A DNA stretch of 64,000 nucleotides from Paraspadella gotoi (GCA_051294375.1 CM119270.1:13991316-14055315); one strand, 5' to 3'; positions 39,093 through 59,078 are shown, numbered from the stretch's first letter. Notes: a model not told the origin generated them from the letters alone. Program-made: numbers and translations.

Positions 39093-40474
39093 CTCCTATG
39101 GAGCCAAAATCTCGAGCAGTATTTGCTTTTGTCTCAGCATAAGGCGTTTTTTGGAGGCTTTCAAGCACATCTTATCACGAGTACGTCTCCGTTTTAAGAC
39201 CGAACTTCCTCCTCCTCCTCCTCCTCCTCCTCCTCCTCCCATTCCTCCTTCCTATTTCTCTGTTTCGATTCACCCCCGGTATTCTCTTCTTCCTCCTCCT
39301 CCTCCTCCTCCTCCTCTTCCTCCTTATCTTCGCCAACAAACATCTTGACTTCCTTGATGTCATATAAGTCTCCACCCGTTGTACCGGCTTACGCTCCACC
39401 CCGAACCATGAGCGTATCGTCCCTCCATTCACGCCAATTACATTTTTTTACATTACATGCGACAACAATTGACCCCTTCGTACATATAACATACATACGA
39501 AGATGTCGTGGTTAAAGTTATTTTTGGAACAACTTTCGTTTCTAACCTTTAATTATAAGAAATTCATATTTAAGCCTTTCTCTACCCCCGGTCTCAGAGA
39601 TTTTATTTAAAAAAAGTAAATATAAAAAAAATCTAGAAAAAAAAACTCACAGACGTTTGTGTTGACTTTTGAAACCTGTCAATAACCGAAGATTACCGTA
39701 TATAAGCCATTAGCTTTTTGAAGGTTTGCAAGACCAGTAAATAGACCACCAAAATAGAATGAGTTTAATTCTATTTTAAGCGTAACCCGGTGGCAATTTT
39801 TCTCTTCAGACAGTGTTTAAAAAGGGTAGGAAACCACTCGCCTATAGCTGGTCATTTAAATCGATTAATTTGTTTTCCTCTCTCTCTCTCTCTCTCTCTT
39901 TCTTTATTTTCTCTTGCATTCACATCTCTACCCATCCTTTGCGTCCCCCTCACCAACTCCCCACCCCCCCTTCTACGCACATACTCGACCTGAGCGATCG
40001 ACCGTTTTAGTTGACCCCACGAGGGCAACGCGGCCATCGCGGGTTGTCGCCCGCACGGATCCGTCGCTCCTACCAATCAGTTGATTTGCCTCACCCTCTT
40101 GTCCCGCTCCTTCATTCCTTTTATCCCTTCTTTAGTTTATTTTTTTTATTTTCACAATATAATTTTATTTTTTTTCAATTCACCCATTCTATTCTAATTC
40201 GTAGCTAACTTTTCTTTCTTCTTTTTATTTCCTCCCCTCTGTTCCTCCTGCTTCTTTTTCCGTCTTTCCCCTCTGCTCTACCTCCCCCTTAAAAAAAACG
40301 GATTCCTCATAAAATCCAAGATAAGGGTTCTCCCCTTAACTCCCCCCCCTTACCCAAAGAAATCTATTTTTAGCCCCCCGCCAGCGAATCCTGCGGTCGT
40401 TCCTGACTCGCTCCCCTTGAGCGACGAGGCTTACAATGCTCGGGTCTTGTAGTGGGCTAAAGACTAAAGTAGAT

Positions 40475-40558
40475 GGGGATTGGGGGATGGGGATTGAGGG
40501 ATTTGGGGACTTGGGGATTGGCGTTGGATTTGTGGGGATAGGGATTGGGATTGGGCGG
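40475..40558 (+). repeat. G-run tract of (GGGATT)-like units, G-quadruplex-prone
   Basis: About nine G3-G5 runs separated by short linkers. Confidence 0.7.
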
Positions 40559-41467
40559 AAATACGGGAAAAGAGAGAATCGGTTAAGGGTTTAGGGCTAT
40601 TTGATATAAATACTAAAAAATATTCACTGAACAGTATTCAGTTTATAAAAAAATTTAATCAATTTAGTTTAACCAGAATTAATTAAAATTTAAATATATA
40701 AGTGTATTTTATTTCTCCTGTTTCTTTTCTTTACCTTGCAAATCAAACGGTTAAATTAATATTGACGAGCTAACCCATCCAGCCATGGCTTGGTAAGTTT
40801 TCTTCTCGGCTCCTATCGACCTCACTGCGTTCGAAGAGTGACAAAGACGTGACAGTCGTGCCACGCTTAGACAGTTCTCCACTCTGCCCTCCATCGACAC
40901 TCCACGGCTCGTCGGATCCTCGCGCGCCGCGGGCCTCTCGACCCGCCACGCCTGGATGGCATCGCGATTCCGTCTTCACATCCTCGAGAGAACCCAACGC
41001 CTCAACTTGACCTCACTCCAAACCGTTCACGATCACCGCCGCCCCTCGACCGCATCGGCACCAATATTTTCTTCATTCAAGAATGAAAAGCGTGAAAATA
41101 CCAAAAATAAAAATATTTCCTTGTTTCAAAATATTTTTTTGAAAAATAATAGTTTGTATATTATTTTCTAAGATGGTACGAATTACAAAGTGAAAAAGGC
41201 ATGATAATTGATAACTAACCGTCCAACGAGATAGGCACTAAAAAAAAATAACTAATATATCAATCAATTAAGCAATTCAGTTATTCTTCCAGAAATAATG
41301 AAAAGGTTAGTCGTTTCTGTTTAACATTTCCAAAAATGACCACTCTTCTATGAACGCTGGTTCCCCCCACTCGCGATCTCTCCCGCCGCTATCCTCGGCG
41401 TCGCCACCAAAAAAACTGACCAAATTCGTTGGAAGGCCAAAAATAGTAGGGGGGGAGNNNNNNNNNN

Positions 41468-41501
<34 letters not shown>

Positions 41502-43889
41502 GGAGGAGCGCGCTTTTCACGAACCTTCTTGAGGAGTGAGAGAGGTGAAGAGGATAAAAAAAAGAGGCCTCCGACGATTCTCTCTCCTCCTCCTCCTCCT
41601 CCTCATCTTCCTCCTCCTTACTCCTCCCTCTCCCATTGAGGGAAATGGGAGAAAGCTTTTACAGTATTTCCGCGGGGTTTTTTTTGTTTGTTTCCTGCAT
41701 CGTCGTCTTGGTCGTCGTCGTCGTCGCTGTTACGATCTGTCGGGAATCCTCGTCGTGGAGAACCTCGCAATCGGCGGAGGAGGCGGGGGAACAATAGCGA
41801 AAAAAAAAAAAACCCCAAGGACGACGACGACAGCGACGAGAGCGCCGCCCCGGGACCGAGCCGCGATTCACTCCGAATTTCCGATCACGAATGATCGATG
41901 TTTCGCGCGATTATTTGCGTCGGGGAGTTCGCCGGTTCGATTCTCCGCGATCTCGTCGTCTTGTTTATTTTATTCGTTGACGTCAACTTGGTAACGGGAA
42001 ATATTCGAGCGGCAACTCTACCCATATACGCGTTTCACGACCTTCGGTTCGTCCAAACGAGGATTTTATTTTTGAATTACGACGCAATTTTAACAAATTT
42101 CACGACGCCGTGATTAATACGGGTTTCGTGGAAGGTAAAAAGTGTTTTTATTCGAAAGATTTCGAAAGATTGAAAGCCAAAAAATCGATCGTCGAGGGGT
42201 TTGTACAAAAGTCCTTGTGATGACACGGATTTACGTCGCGAAAATAGTATTTTATGTGTAATATATTATTGAATAATGGTTTGTTTGTTGAAATAATGGA
42301 TAATGAATGGATAATTTTTACCAATTGCATAAAAAGAATCAGACGAGAAGTAAAGTAAATAATTATTTATTTACAACAACGATAATATTAGTGATCGGAC
42401 ATGTTTGGGCTTTTTATTTAGCCGAAACATTATGTATTTACTTTACTTTTCGTCTAATTTCAAACACAACTAAGCGAAAGAAATTATACAATAAAAAGAG
42501 TAATACTTTTACAGATGTCTTCAGTGGAGTAGGAGTAAGTTGGCATACATAGTGGTTTGCTAGTTTGGTTTAACAAAAAAAGACAGCAGAAATAGGTAGA
42601 AAATTACAAGTTTGTGTTTAAGTAATATAAAATAGTGGAAACAATTAGTGATTTGAAAACGGTTTGAAAAGTTTTGGAACGAGTATTCATTGGAATAGAA
42701 AGGATTGGTCGTTGTGGAAAAGAAGAACACCCCAATAAAACTGAATAGAGAAAATTTAAAAAAAAAAAATTTAAGTAAATTCATTTATATATTTCTCTTT
42801 AAAGTATTTATATACCGCTAAATTTTCTTTTTAACAAAAAAATTTGAAACGGCCGTTGAGAAATTTACAGAATTTTATTCTCCTACTTTATCGCTTAAAA
42901 AATAAATCATTAATCAGAAAAGCTATTCTAGTTAACCTGCTTATCAGAAAAGGTGATGAGCAAACGCCACGGACTTGGCGTCGCATTAATCCTCAAATCG
43001 AGATTAGAAATTGTGCAAAGTTCATTCGATATCATTTCTCAATTTATTATTTTTTTTGTTGAAAATCTGATCAAAACAGTTTAGTTTTGGGCTTAAAGTA
43101 ATCTAGAATCTAAAATTCTGTGAAATTCATCGATTCAAAGCTTCTTCATTTTAATTTTTAAATTGATTGCAATTCATTGGGTCGCCAAATACTGATCAAA
43201 ACTTTATTTCTTATACGAATAAGCGATGGAAATTAGGATTAATGTATCCTTGGATATCATGTTAATAAATATATTGCATTATTGCTGCAGATCCGCTAAA
43301 ACCTACGTCTACTCTCGCAGTCCGTCGGTCAGCTGGTTTAACTCTATATTTCAAATTCACCTCGTGTTCAACGTCTTTGACTTCATGATCGCTTTCATTG
43401 TCTTATTCGAGCGTCAATCGTCATCTTTTACAACCTAAAACTGTTCATCTCACCGTCTAATTCGTCGTATATCTCGTGCCACGTCAGCGTCATTAGTCTC
43501 ACAGCGCGATCCTGTTTTCCTCAGCGCCATCTTTAAGTCCTTCGTGTAATTCTTCCGCTTTTACTTTTTAAAAATCGCTCCAGTGGCCGAAAGCTCGTGC
43601 CGTCATTCCCCCAAAAGTGAAATACATCGTTAAAATAGATTCACTGGCTCTAAACTTGTTTACAATTACTAGCTGATCTCCAAGAGCCGTTCTTACAGAT
43701 CTCATCTGGCTTTCTTCACGTGAACCGAAGGGATTGATCTTCTGTCCTTTTGGATTCATAGAATTTCACGAAATTTGATCGAAACACTTACCAAATAAAC
43801 TAGGTGGAAATCTTAGGTATACAAAGCCGATATTTAAAATTACTTTGAACTCACCAGCTATTAATTAATTAATTGATTAACTAATTATT

Positions 43890-43970
43890 TTTTTTATTTA
43901 TTTATTTATTTATTTATTTATTATTTATTTTATTTATTTATTTATTCTAATTTTCTTTCTTTCTTTCTTC

Positions 43971-44010
<40 letters not shown>

Positions 44011-44011
44011 T
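43890..44011. repeat. Compound (TTTA)n/(CTTT)n microsatellite
   Basis: Seen directly. Confidence 0.9.
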
Positions 44012-44204
44012 CATTATTTCTTTCTTTAATTATAATCCTTTTTTAAAATTTTATTCATCTTTTGTTTGGTTGACATATTACTTACGATTTTTTTTATAAA
44101 GACTTAAATTTTGTTTAAAAAATATAAAATTTACATAAACATAAACATATCCCTCGCTCTTAGTTTTATAAATATTTCAGAAACAAAAAACCCGCGTAAA
44201 AAAA

Positions 44205-44310
44205 ATGAGCGTTTCTGGGATGGCGCCGATTTCGTTGGCGTCGGTGGCGCCGTCTTATCACAACTACGTCTCGTCGACGCCGTTCAACCAACACCCGCCT
44301 CCTTCTCCAG
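44205..44310 (+). CDS. Nkx2-1: Probable upstream NK2.1 exon (MSVSGMAPISLASVAPSYHNYVSSTPFNQHPPPSP)
   Basis: Acceptor tttcag at 44180 and donor CAG|gtgact at 44311. The Ser/Pro/Tyr composition fits the NK2.1 N-terminus. It ends in phase 1 while the next exon needs phase 0 (1-nt discrepancy). Confidence 0.6.
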
Positions 44311-44332
44311 GTGACTTCTTTCGAGAGAGAGA

Positions 44333-44374
<42 letters not shown>

Positions 44375-44781
44375 CTTCATCGCTGTTAAACTTAAAGCAG
44401 TTATGAGTAATAATTGAATTAAATTAACGCGAATTTATAAATTATTATATTATTATATAAATTATTATTATAATATTGTGATCTTTCTTTATTACTGGCA
44501 GAAAAAAAATTCTAACAACTCATACTATGAGTCATGAGTCATACTATGAGTCATAGAACAAGGAATACATAAGTAACAAAGTCGCTACTAACTCAATAAC
44601 TTTTTAACTCTATCTCAAACTAACCTCACTAACCTCACTAACCTCACTAACTCATTCAATCAGTGACTGAAAAACTCATTAAGTTTTAATAGTTTGTATT
44701 AGTATTTTCACTAAATTCACAATAAAAACCTTTTTTTAATTCAAGGAGTTTTCTAAACAAATTTTCATTTCTCTTTCACAG

Positions 44782-50594
<5,813 letters not shown>

Positions 50595-51079
50595 AGGAGG
50601 AGGAGGAGGCGGAGGAGGAAGAGCAGAGAGACCCAATGAATTGAAGGGACAGGGGTCGTTGGATCGAAAGGGAGCGAAGAGAGAATTGAGAATTAAATGA
50701 AAAATATGGGGAAACAGGTTTACATAGTGACATAATAACGAGACCCAATTAAAAGATGCTTAAAATTAGGACAGAGTGAAATTAATTTTTTAAAAATAAA
50801 AAAATAATTTCAACCTCAAAAATGTTTTATAAGTAAATTTTAGTCACTTATTTCTTTTATCTTGTTTTTCGATGTCCTTCCTACCTCCTCACCTCGACAA
50901 CGAATCGGTCCTCCGTGTTTTCGTGAATTGTGACAATCATTGTGACAATTTCTCGTGCTGTGTATCATCACTTTTTCACCAAATAAGTTTGTAAATGTTT
51001 TATGAGATGTTTCCGTTATGCTGAGTCTTGAATCGCATTATTGCTTTACTTTTCTGTCCACATTCCCTGTCATTCGCGT

Positions 51080-51085
51080 AATAAA
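51080..51085 (+). promoter_or_regulatory. Candidate polyadenylation signal of NK2.1
   Basis: AATAAA about 490 nt after the stop, followed by T-rich sequence. An earlier AATAAA lies near 50795. Confidence 0.4.
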
Positions 51086-51579
51086 ATTTATTACAAATAC
51101 TACAAAATATTTTTTTTCCCTCGCCTTTTGTTTTAGTTTAATTTCAATATACAACATTTAATTATTTAATACTCTGTATTTTTTTAATTTTTATTTAAGA
51201 GCGATAAATAACGTAAAAACTTTTCATAAATTCTTTTGTTTTAAAATTCAATGTACTGATAATACATTTTTTTGAGTCCAAGTCGTTTGTTTATTCTCTT
51301 TTCCCCACATTTAATCAAAAAAATTGTTTGGCCATTTTAATACATAATTTTATTATAAGTAAACCAATTTATAAAAATCCAACTGAAATCGGTGGCAAAG
51401 CTAGAAAATCTATCCGTGCTTTTATTTTATGAAGCAAACTTTGGAACTATTGTGGAAAATGTCCGGGATTAATAAATGTAACGGTACAGACTACAGTCTT
51501 TCTTTGTTTATTCTTATCTTTTTTCATTTTTTCTCTTTTCTTTGTGTCCTTTTGAAAATATTTCTTTCTCTTCCTCTAC

Positions 51580-51661
<82 letters not shown>

Positions 51662-52206
51662 ATCTCTCTTTTTCAATCCCGCCCCTCGCTCCATATTCAC
51701 AGTCTCCCCGCCGCCTTCAACGATCCCCTGGCCGCCGACCAACGCTCCTCGCAGTCCAATCTTCTCTCCTCATTTTTTATGCAAATTAAATTAAGGGCGA
51801 GAGAGAAACGCTCCACCGTTTCGTCGGTACATCGTTTTTAATTTTATCTTCGGTTTAAATTAACTTTTTACAATAAAATATCGTTCATTATTTAATTCTA
51901 AATTTATTTGATTTAAATTTCTATTCAATATACTTTAATTTAATTTTAATACATTAACATGTCGCTTTTGATATTATTCTTATTTTCAATTAATTTAATT
52001 TTTAATTCAATTTAATTTTGATTTTATTTTCAACCTAATTTTAAACTAATATTTTTGCAACCCTCAATACTAATTTTTAAATAAAAATGTTTTTATTATT
52101 TAATAATGCTCTGGAATCCAAATTAATGAATTAGATTGCGGACAGACCGACCGAAAAGAGTCTTAATTAAATCGCGACATCGGCCGAGAAGGAAACCGAT
52201 GAAAAG

Positions 52207-54338
52207 ATGAAAGATGAGGAATTCTTCGATTGCGTCGACGCTTCTCGCGAGAAGAATGGAGACGAAGCTCCGTTGGACGAGATATCACGGTTGGTTGCAG
52301 TCAGCCGATACTCGTAGTTAGAGTCATCAATTTCATGTCTTTATTTGTAGTAAGTTGTTATGGGTTTGATCGAAAAAATTTGTCTTTTTATTTCGTAATT
52401 TAAAATGATTGATAAACATAAGTCAAAAGCACTCAGTCAAATTGAGACCGTCAGTAGGTTATTTGCTCGGGAAATCATATATACATGTATGTGCTATGAG
52501 TTTAACATTTGACTCTGTTGGGTCTTATCACATGAAAATAAACATATATTACAAGTAGACTTCTGTTCTTATTTTTTTTTAGTAAATAGATTGAAGCGAT
52601 CTGAATTTGTAATAATTAATATGTTAGTAATGCGTTACTAACATGATACTAGTAATAGTTAATTATTACTATTCCAGCACGCTTTATTTACTTGAAAAAA
52701 TAGAAAAAATTGGAAAGAGCGACGTTATGTCTTTCCAATGAGGAATGATCATTTGTTGACAAATCTTTTTCATCTTCGATATAGGGCCCTCTACGACAAT
52801 TTTTTTTTTTTGCATTTCTTGACAGAAGAACATCGACTCGTAAAATGTATTTGTTTGAATAAGATCAACAGCACAATGGACGCTGTTTGCAAAGTTAACA
52901 AATCATTAGTCCATTAGGAAAACTGCAAAGAGTTATTAACGATCGTCGGTTTTTTTTTATGGCAAAAGAACAAACGAAAGAGGGAGAGCGAGACACAAGA
53001 ATTGCCAGACGGAGAGAGAGAGAGAGAGAAAATTCGAGCGGAAGTTGACAGGTGAAGTTGAAGAAAGTATTGTTCTTTTAAGAAAAGAGACTTTCATTTT
53101 TGACAGTTTTTATTTAACTTGAGACTAGTCAACATTCATCACTTTAAACTCCCCACCTTTGCCACCAACGTCGGTTGACCTGCACCCCAATTTGACGAGC
53201 CTCTCCTCAGTCCTCACCCCAGTCTCTCTCTGTTCGTCAGCTCTAATATTAATTCCTTATCTGTCCTCGCTTTGTCATCGTCCAATTTTGTCTTTCGTCG
53301 TCCTTATCTCGTTTCCACGCGCTTTCCTCACCCACAAACCGACCTCACTCGATCCCTTCTCGCCTAAGATAGGCGTTCTAATATCCTCCTTTTCTCCGAT
53401 AGGGTGCGGTAACACTTCTCCCTTTTATTTTCTATTTTTAGATGAAGAATTCTCTGTTGTCAACTAACGCGGAATCAGGACAGAAATCACTGACCTTTTC
53501 TCTCTCCCTCTCACTATTCACTTTTTCCATTTCCTCAACTTTATCCTTCCTCACCTACTCTCCCCTGATGAAACTTATCCTCCCACCCCATATTTCTGAC
53601 GTCCAAAAAAAAAAAACAACACAAAAATCCACTTTGGCTTCGTCATCGACGACGACCGACGACGACGACGACCGACGAAAACTCATATTCGATATGAGAC
53701 GGGCGCGTGACGGCGCAACCATCGCGTCCGACGATGACCGCGACGAATAAGGACGAGTCGAAGAAAAAGACGTCGGTTAAATGGAATATATAAGCAATTC
53801 TGAGATAGCATAGATAAAATTATACATAGATTATAATAAATAAGCAATCAGTTATAATTCCTTTATTCATCGCATATTCTCCTCCTTACATCTCATTATT
53901 AGGGAATCTGACTCGATTGACTCTAGTCTTATGGAAAAACAACATTTTATATCTTAATCACCCGATTTTCGTTTTCAGATCAAACTCGAAATAAAGCCAC
54001 AGAACAAAGAATTTTCAACGATCCTCTCTCTCTCTTCCTCTCTCTCTCTATCTTTCTCCGCTAATTTCCCCTCTTCCGATCACGCGCCACCATCTCGGTA
54101 GATTCCACCCTCTCTCTCCGACGCCGCACCGTCTGGCCTCCTTGTCGCTCCACTTGAAACCCTTCATCTCGTCGTCGTCCGTCGTCGTCGTCCGCGTCGG
54201 TCGTCGTCGTCGTGTCGTCTTATGACGACTTCATACAAATATTCGTCCGTTTTAACTTCTTTCTTGAATCCGAAGAAAAAAGGATGAAGGAAAAAATGGT
54301 TGGTAAAGAAAGAAGAGAGAGAGAGAGACAGAGAGACG

Positions 54339-54398
<60 letters not shown>

Positions 54399-55209
54399 GA
54401 GAGAGGAGAGAGAGAGAGGATTATTCTCGGACGCACCGATCCTTGGAGGAACCACTTGAAGAGACGATCTCGACGAAGAACGATGCGACGACGACGACGA
54501 CGACGACGAATACACGACGACGACGGCGACGCAAACACCTGATCAACGATAACGCCGCATTATTACGAAATCCTCGGAAGCGTCCAGGATTTTTTTTCTT
54601 CTTTTCTTCTTTTTTTTTTTTCGCCGCCGAATTTTCCGAGGAAACTGGACGCAGTGAAAACGAATAATCACGAAAAAAAAGGAAAAAAAAAAAAACCCGC
54701 GAAACTTTTCCTTAATTAAAAAATGGAAAAAAATTTTCGCCTCGGTTTCGCTCTAGCCTCTAGTGGTCTTATTTTTCTTTAGCGTCTGTTTACGTTTTTA
54801 TATTTTGTTTATGTTTCAAATTCGATTATATAAAAACGCCACTTCAATTCTTTCGGACGTCGCCGCTTTTTTTTTTTTGCGCCACGACTCGTAAGATGAC
54901 GTCGCGGGGATGGCGAAGTGCAGATGGCGCTGCTTGAAAGGGATCTTAGTGTTGATCGACGAAGATCGACAATGATCACACCCTCCCAGTTACCCGCCTT
55001 ATTTTATTTTTTTTGGGCAATGTTATATTTTCTCTGTATCATTATTTCATAACTCTGATATCTCTTAGAATTAAGGCATCTAACATGATTGTTCCCTTAA
55101 GTTTTTTTGCATAGGTCTGTAATTCCTGAAAACCGCATGCTTTCAAAAATGGCGACTCTAGAAATGGCGCCGATTTCGAAAATCATTATTCGTTATCGTT
55201 ATCTTTCAA

Positions 55210-55264
<55 letters not shown>

Positions 55265-55732
55265 CTTTTCTCTGTCTCACTTTCTTAAAAAAACATCTTG
55301 CTTATAATATCACTTTGTTTCTGCTCAAAACTCATTTCCAACTTCTCTTGAGTCTCTTTTTCCAAAGTCACTTCTTCTCAAAAGTCTCTTCTTCTCTAAA
55401 TTCTCTTCTTCTCTAAAGTCTCTTCTTCTCTAAAGTCTCTTCTTCTCTAAAGACACCTCTTCTCTAAAGTCTCCCTCTCTCGATCATCTCGCTCTCTATG
55501 GCCTCTCGAATGGCTGGCTCTCGGTCAGACTCGTGTCTCGCTCTCCATCGTCTTCTCAATTCCGAGATCTCCGCTTAAGAACATCAATGCGTGAAGGGGC
55601 GCAAACGTCTCTCTCTCCTTCTCTCTTCTCATCTCTCTGCTCTCTCATCTCTCTCTCTCCTCTCCTTCGTATTTGATGACGCGTCCTCATGACTACTCGT
55701 CATCGAGTGGCGTCTTTGAGGGTGCTCTCCTG

Positions 55733-55766
<34 letters not shown>

Positions 55767-55814
55767 ATCTCTCTCTCTCTCTCTCTTCTCTCTCTCGCTC
55801 TCTGCCTCTCTCTC

Positions 55815-55860
<46 letters not shown>

Positions 55861-56391
55861 CTCGGGAAAAGGTCGTCGAAATAAGGAGGATCACTCGTCC
55901 AAAGCTCCAAGTCATTGAGATTACAAGATACTACTTAAAAAAATTGTTTTTTTTTCTCCCAACCGGAGAATTTCTTAAATAAGAGTCGGCAATATCTGTC
56001 GTGCGTTGAACCCACTCTTCAACATAACCTTTTGGTTAAATTTTATTTTTATTCTTATGAAATTAATGTAAATTAATTAATGCACGATACAAAAATTTTA
56101 TTTCAAACTAATTCTCATTTTCTCTAACTGACGTTTTATTTGCCAAAGAAATTCCCGGAAAACCAAAGCTTGCTTAAAGAATAACCAGAGAAATTAATGG
56201 TCAATTAGAGCGACGACAGCGCCAACAACGTCAAAGATTTCAACAAATGAGCATCGAGAAATTCACCCGAAATTCTTCAATCTTCATCGCTATGAATCTG
56301 TGGACCTGAAGCTTCACCATTGGATTTCGAAGGCAAAAAAAGTTCGAGTCGAAGCAGAAGAAAAATGGACGAGTTTTACTTCTTCCACGAG
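52207..56391 (+). CDS. Putative exons (52207-52289, 56209-56391) of an unidentified gene with an N-terminal FFAT-like motif
   Basis: MKDEEFFDCVDASREKNGDEAPLDEIS-CG|gttggt joins in phase 2 to tag|A-ATTAPTTSKISTNEHREIHPKFFNLHRYESVDLKLHHWISKAKKFESKQKKNGRVLLLPR-G|gtaagt (60 open codons). The acceptor pyrimidine tract is weak. Confidence 0.35.
55364..55480 (+). repeat. 17-bp tandem repeat (AAAGTCTCTTCTTCTCT), about 6-7 copies
   Basis: Seen directly. Confidence 0.9.
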
Positions 56392-57030
56392 GTAAGTTCA
56401 TCTCGATCCATTAAAACTTAAATTCCAGATTCAATTGTGATACGGAAAAATAGGTTAAATTTTTTTCACTAAATCTATTAACTCCAGTATTTCATGAAAC
56501 AATCTGCCTGAGAGAGAGAGAAAGATAAAATTCTCAAAACAACACGAAAACAAAAAAACGACGACAAATAAGTAAATAAAGAAACAAACCCTGTTGTTGA
56601 CCTACAAAGATGCGCCAATTTTTACGAGACAATTAAAGAACGTTTAGCCTTGACCGCTCCCTCCTCTCGCCCTCCACCTAAAAAGAAAACCCTGATATGT
56701 TTAACGAGTTTATCGCGCGCAGCCGGCGTCACGTTATTAACATCGTCGTTATCGACGTCGTCCACCGCGACTCTATCTCTGTTTAACGGTTTCATCGTGA
56801 TCACTGACCATCTTTGTTACGGTCGTCGTCGTCGTCGTCGTCGTCGTCGTTAAAGTCATCGTCTTTGTCCTCCAAGTCTCATCATCCTCGTTATCATCGT
56901 TTATCGCTTTGATTGTGATCACCTTCTTCAAAGTCATCGTCGTCGTCGTCGTCGTCGTCGTCGTCTGCTTTTGTCGATTCACCGACACCGGAGACTTTTT
57001 AAACGCCACTTATCCCAGAGATCGTCTCCA

Positions 57031-57071
<41 letters not shown>

Positions 57072-57278
57072 GGATCCACCTGCATTTTTTTCTGGAATCG
57101 AGTTTTAGGGAGAAACGATATGACAGACGACGACGACGACTCGCACCTGCATGCGGATCGAAGCTGCGATTTCACCGGATGTGCGATGACATTTCCGGTT
57201 TTGATTTTGTGATTTATTTATCGGAATTTAATTTATTATCATATCTGCCTTTTATATATTTATTCTTTTTTAGTTTTT

Positions 57279-57341
<63 letters not shown>

Positions 57342-57358
57342 CTCTTTCTTTCTTTCTC

Positions 57359-57430
<72 letters not shown>
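57279..57430. repeat. (CTTT)n microsatellite
   Basis: Seen directly. Confidence 0.95.
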
Positions 57431-58073
57431 GGCTTTCTTTCTTTCTTTCTTTGCTTTCTTTGCTTTTTCTTCTTTTTTTATCTATCTTTCTCTATCTCAT
57501 TCTCCTTTCTCTCTTTTCTTCCTTTTAAATAATACCAAACCAATTACCGACTGCGTATTATCCACAGGAATAAAAGACCCGCAATTTTTTTTCTACTCAA
57601 TCAACTTCTGGGAACATTTTTCCCTACAGCGCACCGAGATGTAAATTGATAAAAGAACGAGTTTCATGGGAAAGGCAAACCGCTTGCTCCATTTCACTCT
57701 AATGGAAAGGAGGAGGAGGAGGAGGAGGAGGAGGAGGAGGAAGGGGAGATGGAGGAACGGAGAAAATGGAGGACGATCTTAGGAGAGCGGAGGAAAAAGG
57801 AGAAAGGAGGAAAAAGGAAGAAAAAGAAAGGAGGAAAGAAGGAAAGGAGGAGGAAAGGAAAGAAACTACGGTTCAGAGGGTAAATGGGAAGGAAGAGGGC
57901 GAAGAAAGAATAGGGTTAGTAGAAATAGAATAAGGAAGGAATGGAATAAAGAAGAACAAAGCGAGGACGAGAGTAAGGAAGAAACAGGTAGTAAGGAAGG
58001 AAGGTAGAAAGGAAAAGAGAAGAAAAGAAAGAGAAGGTATTAAGGATGGAGAAACTTTAAAGTTAAATGAGAA

Positions 58074-58190
58074 GAAAATGAGGTTTAAATATTAAAGAGG
58101 CTACATTAGAAGGAGAAAAAAAAACTTTAAAGTGATATGAGATGAAAATGAGGTTTAAATATTAAAGAGGCTACATTAAAAGGAGAAAAA
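58074..58190 (+). repeat. Local direct duplication, ~47 bp, period 70
   Basis: gaaaatgaggtttaaatattaaagaggctacatta(g/a)aaggagaaaaa at 58074 and 58144. Confidence 0.85.
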
Positions 58191-58544
58191 GGAGGCACGA
58201 GAAAAATAAAGAAATAATGCAATTTGGAAAATAGCAAGGATGCGAGAAAATAAGAGAAAAAGAAAAAAGTTAGGAAAAAATGAAAAAAAAAGGAGGCGAA
58301 GAAATAAAATGGGGGAGAGAGAGGAGGAGGAAGAGGAGGAAGAGGAGAAAGAGTGAAGAGTTCAGAGGGCGAAAAAAGGAGAAAAAGACGAGAAATCCGA
58401 CACTGGTTGTCGACCGCCGACGAGTGTACGTGAGAGAGGCAGAGTGAGAGAGAGAGGGAGAAAGAGAGAGAGAGAAAGAGGAGATGAGAGAGGGAGGAGA
58501 GGAGAGAGAGAGGGAAGGAGAGAGAGAGAGAAGAGAAGAGAGAG

Positions 58545-58581
<37 letters not shown>

Positions 58582-58815
58582 AGAGAGGGAGAGAAAAGCA
58601 TGGAGGAGTCTGAGATATGCAACGGAATATGAAATTCATTTAATCATTTTTTTTGAATCGGCAATGGAATTGGAATCCATGAATCAAATGGAATCGAATG
58701 GAATCAAATGGAATCAGCTTCTTATCTCCATTTTCCATCTATCGAAGATTTTTCCGGGAGAACGAAAGTGAGGGATGAGCGGGGAAAGGAAGAGGAAGAG
58801 CCTGAGGATGAGGAG

Positions 58816-58847
<32 letters not shown>

Positions 58848-59078
58848 GAATGGGGAGGAAGAGGAGGAGAAAAAGATCGAACATAAGACTTTTATTGTAA
58901 TGGACGAAACAAGTTTAAAAAGTACATTGCTTAATACTATTTACGAAAAATTAATTTTACTGAAAGTGGAATGTGAATTGTTAAATGTTGCTGGGTCTTG
59001 TAGAATAAAGTTGATTATCTTAGAGAATGTTTAATGAACAAATTTATTTCTTTAATGTTCAAAATGTAATTTTTTTTA

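Noticed and set aside
43280-43760. Unique mid-GC block, possibly a decayed transposon coding region
   Set aside because: Multiple stops in the frame read and no recognisable RT, integrase or transposase motif.
58660-58716. AATGGAATC repeats resembling human satellite II/III
   Set aside because: Only about five degenerate units embedded in native-looking sequence; simple-repeat convergence rather than contamination.
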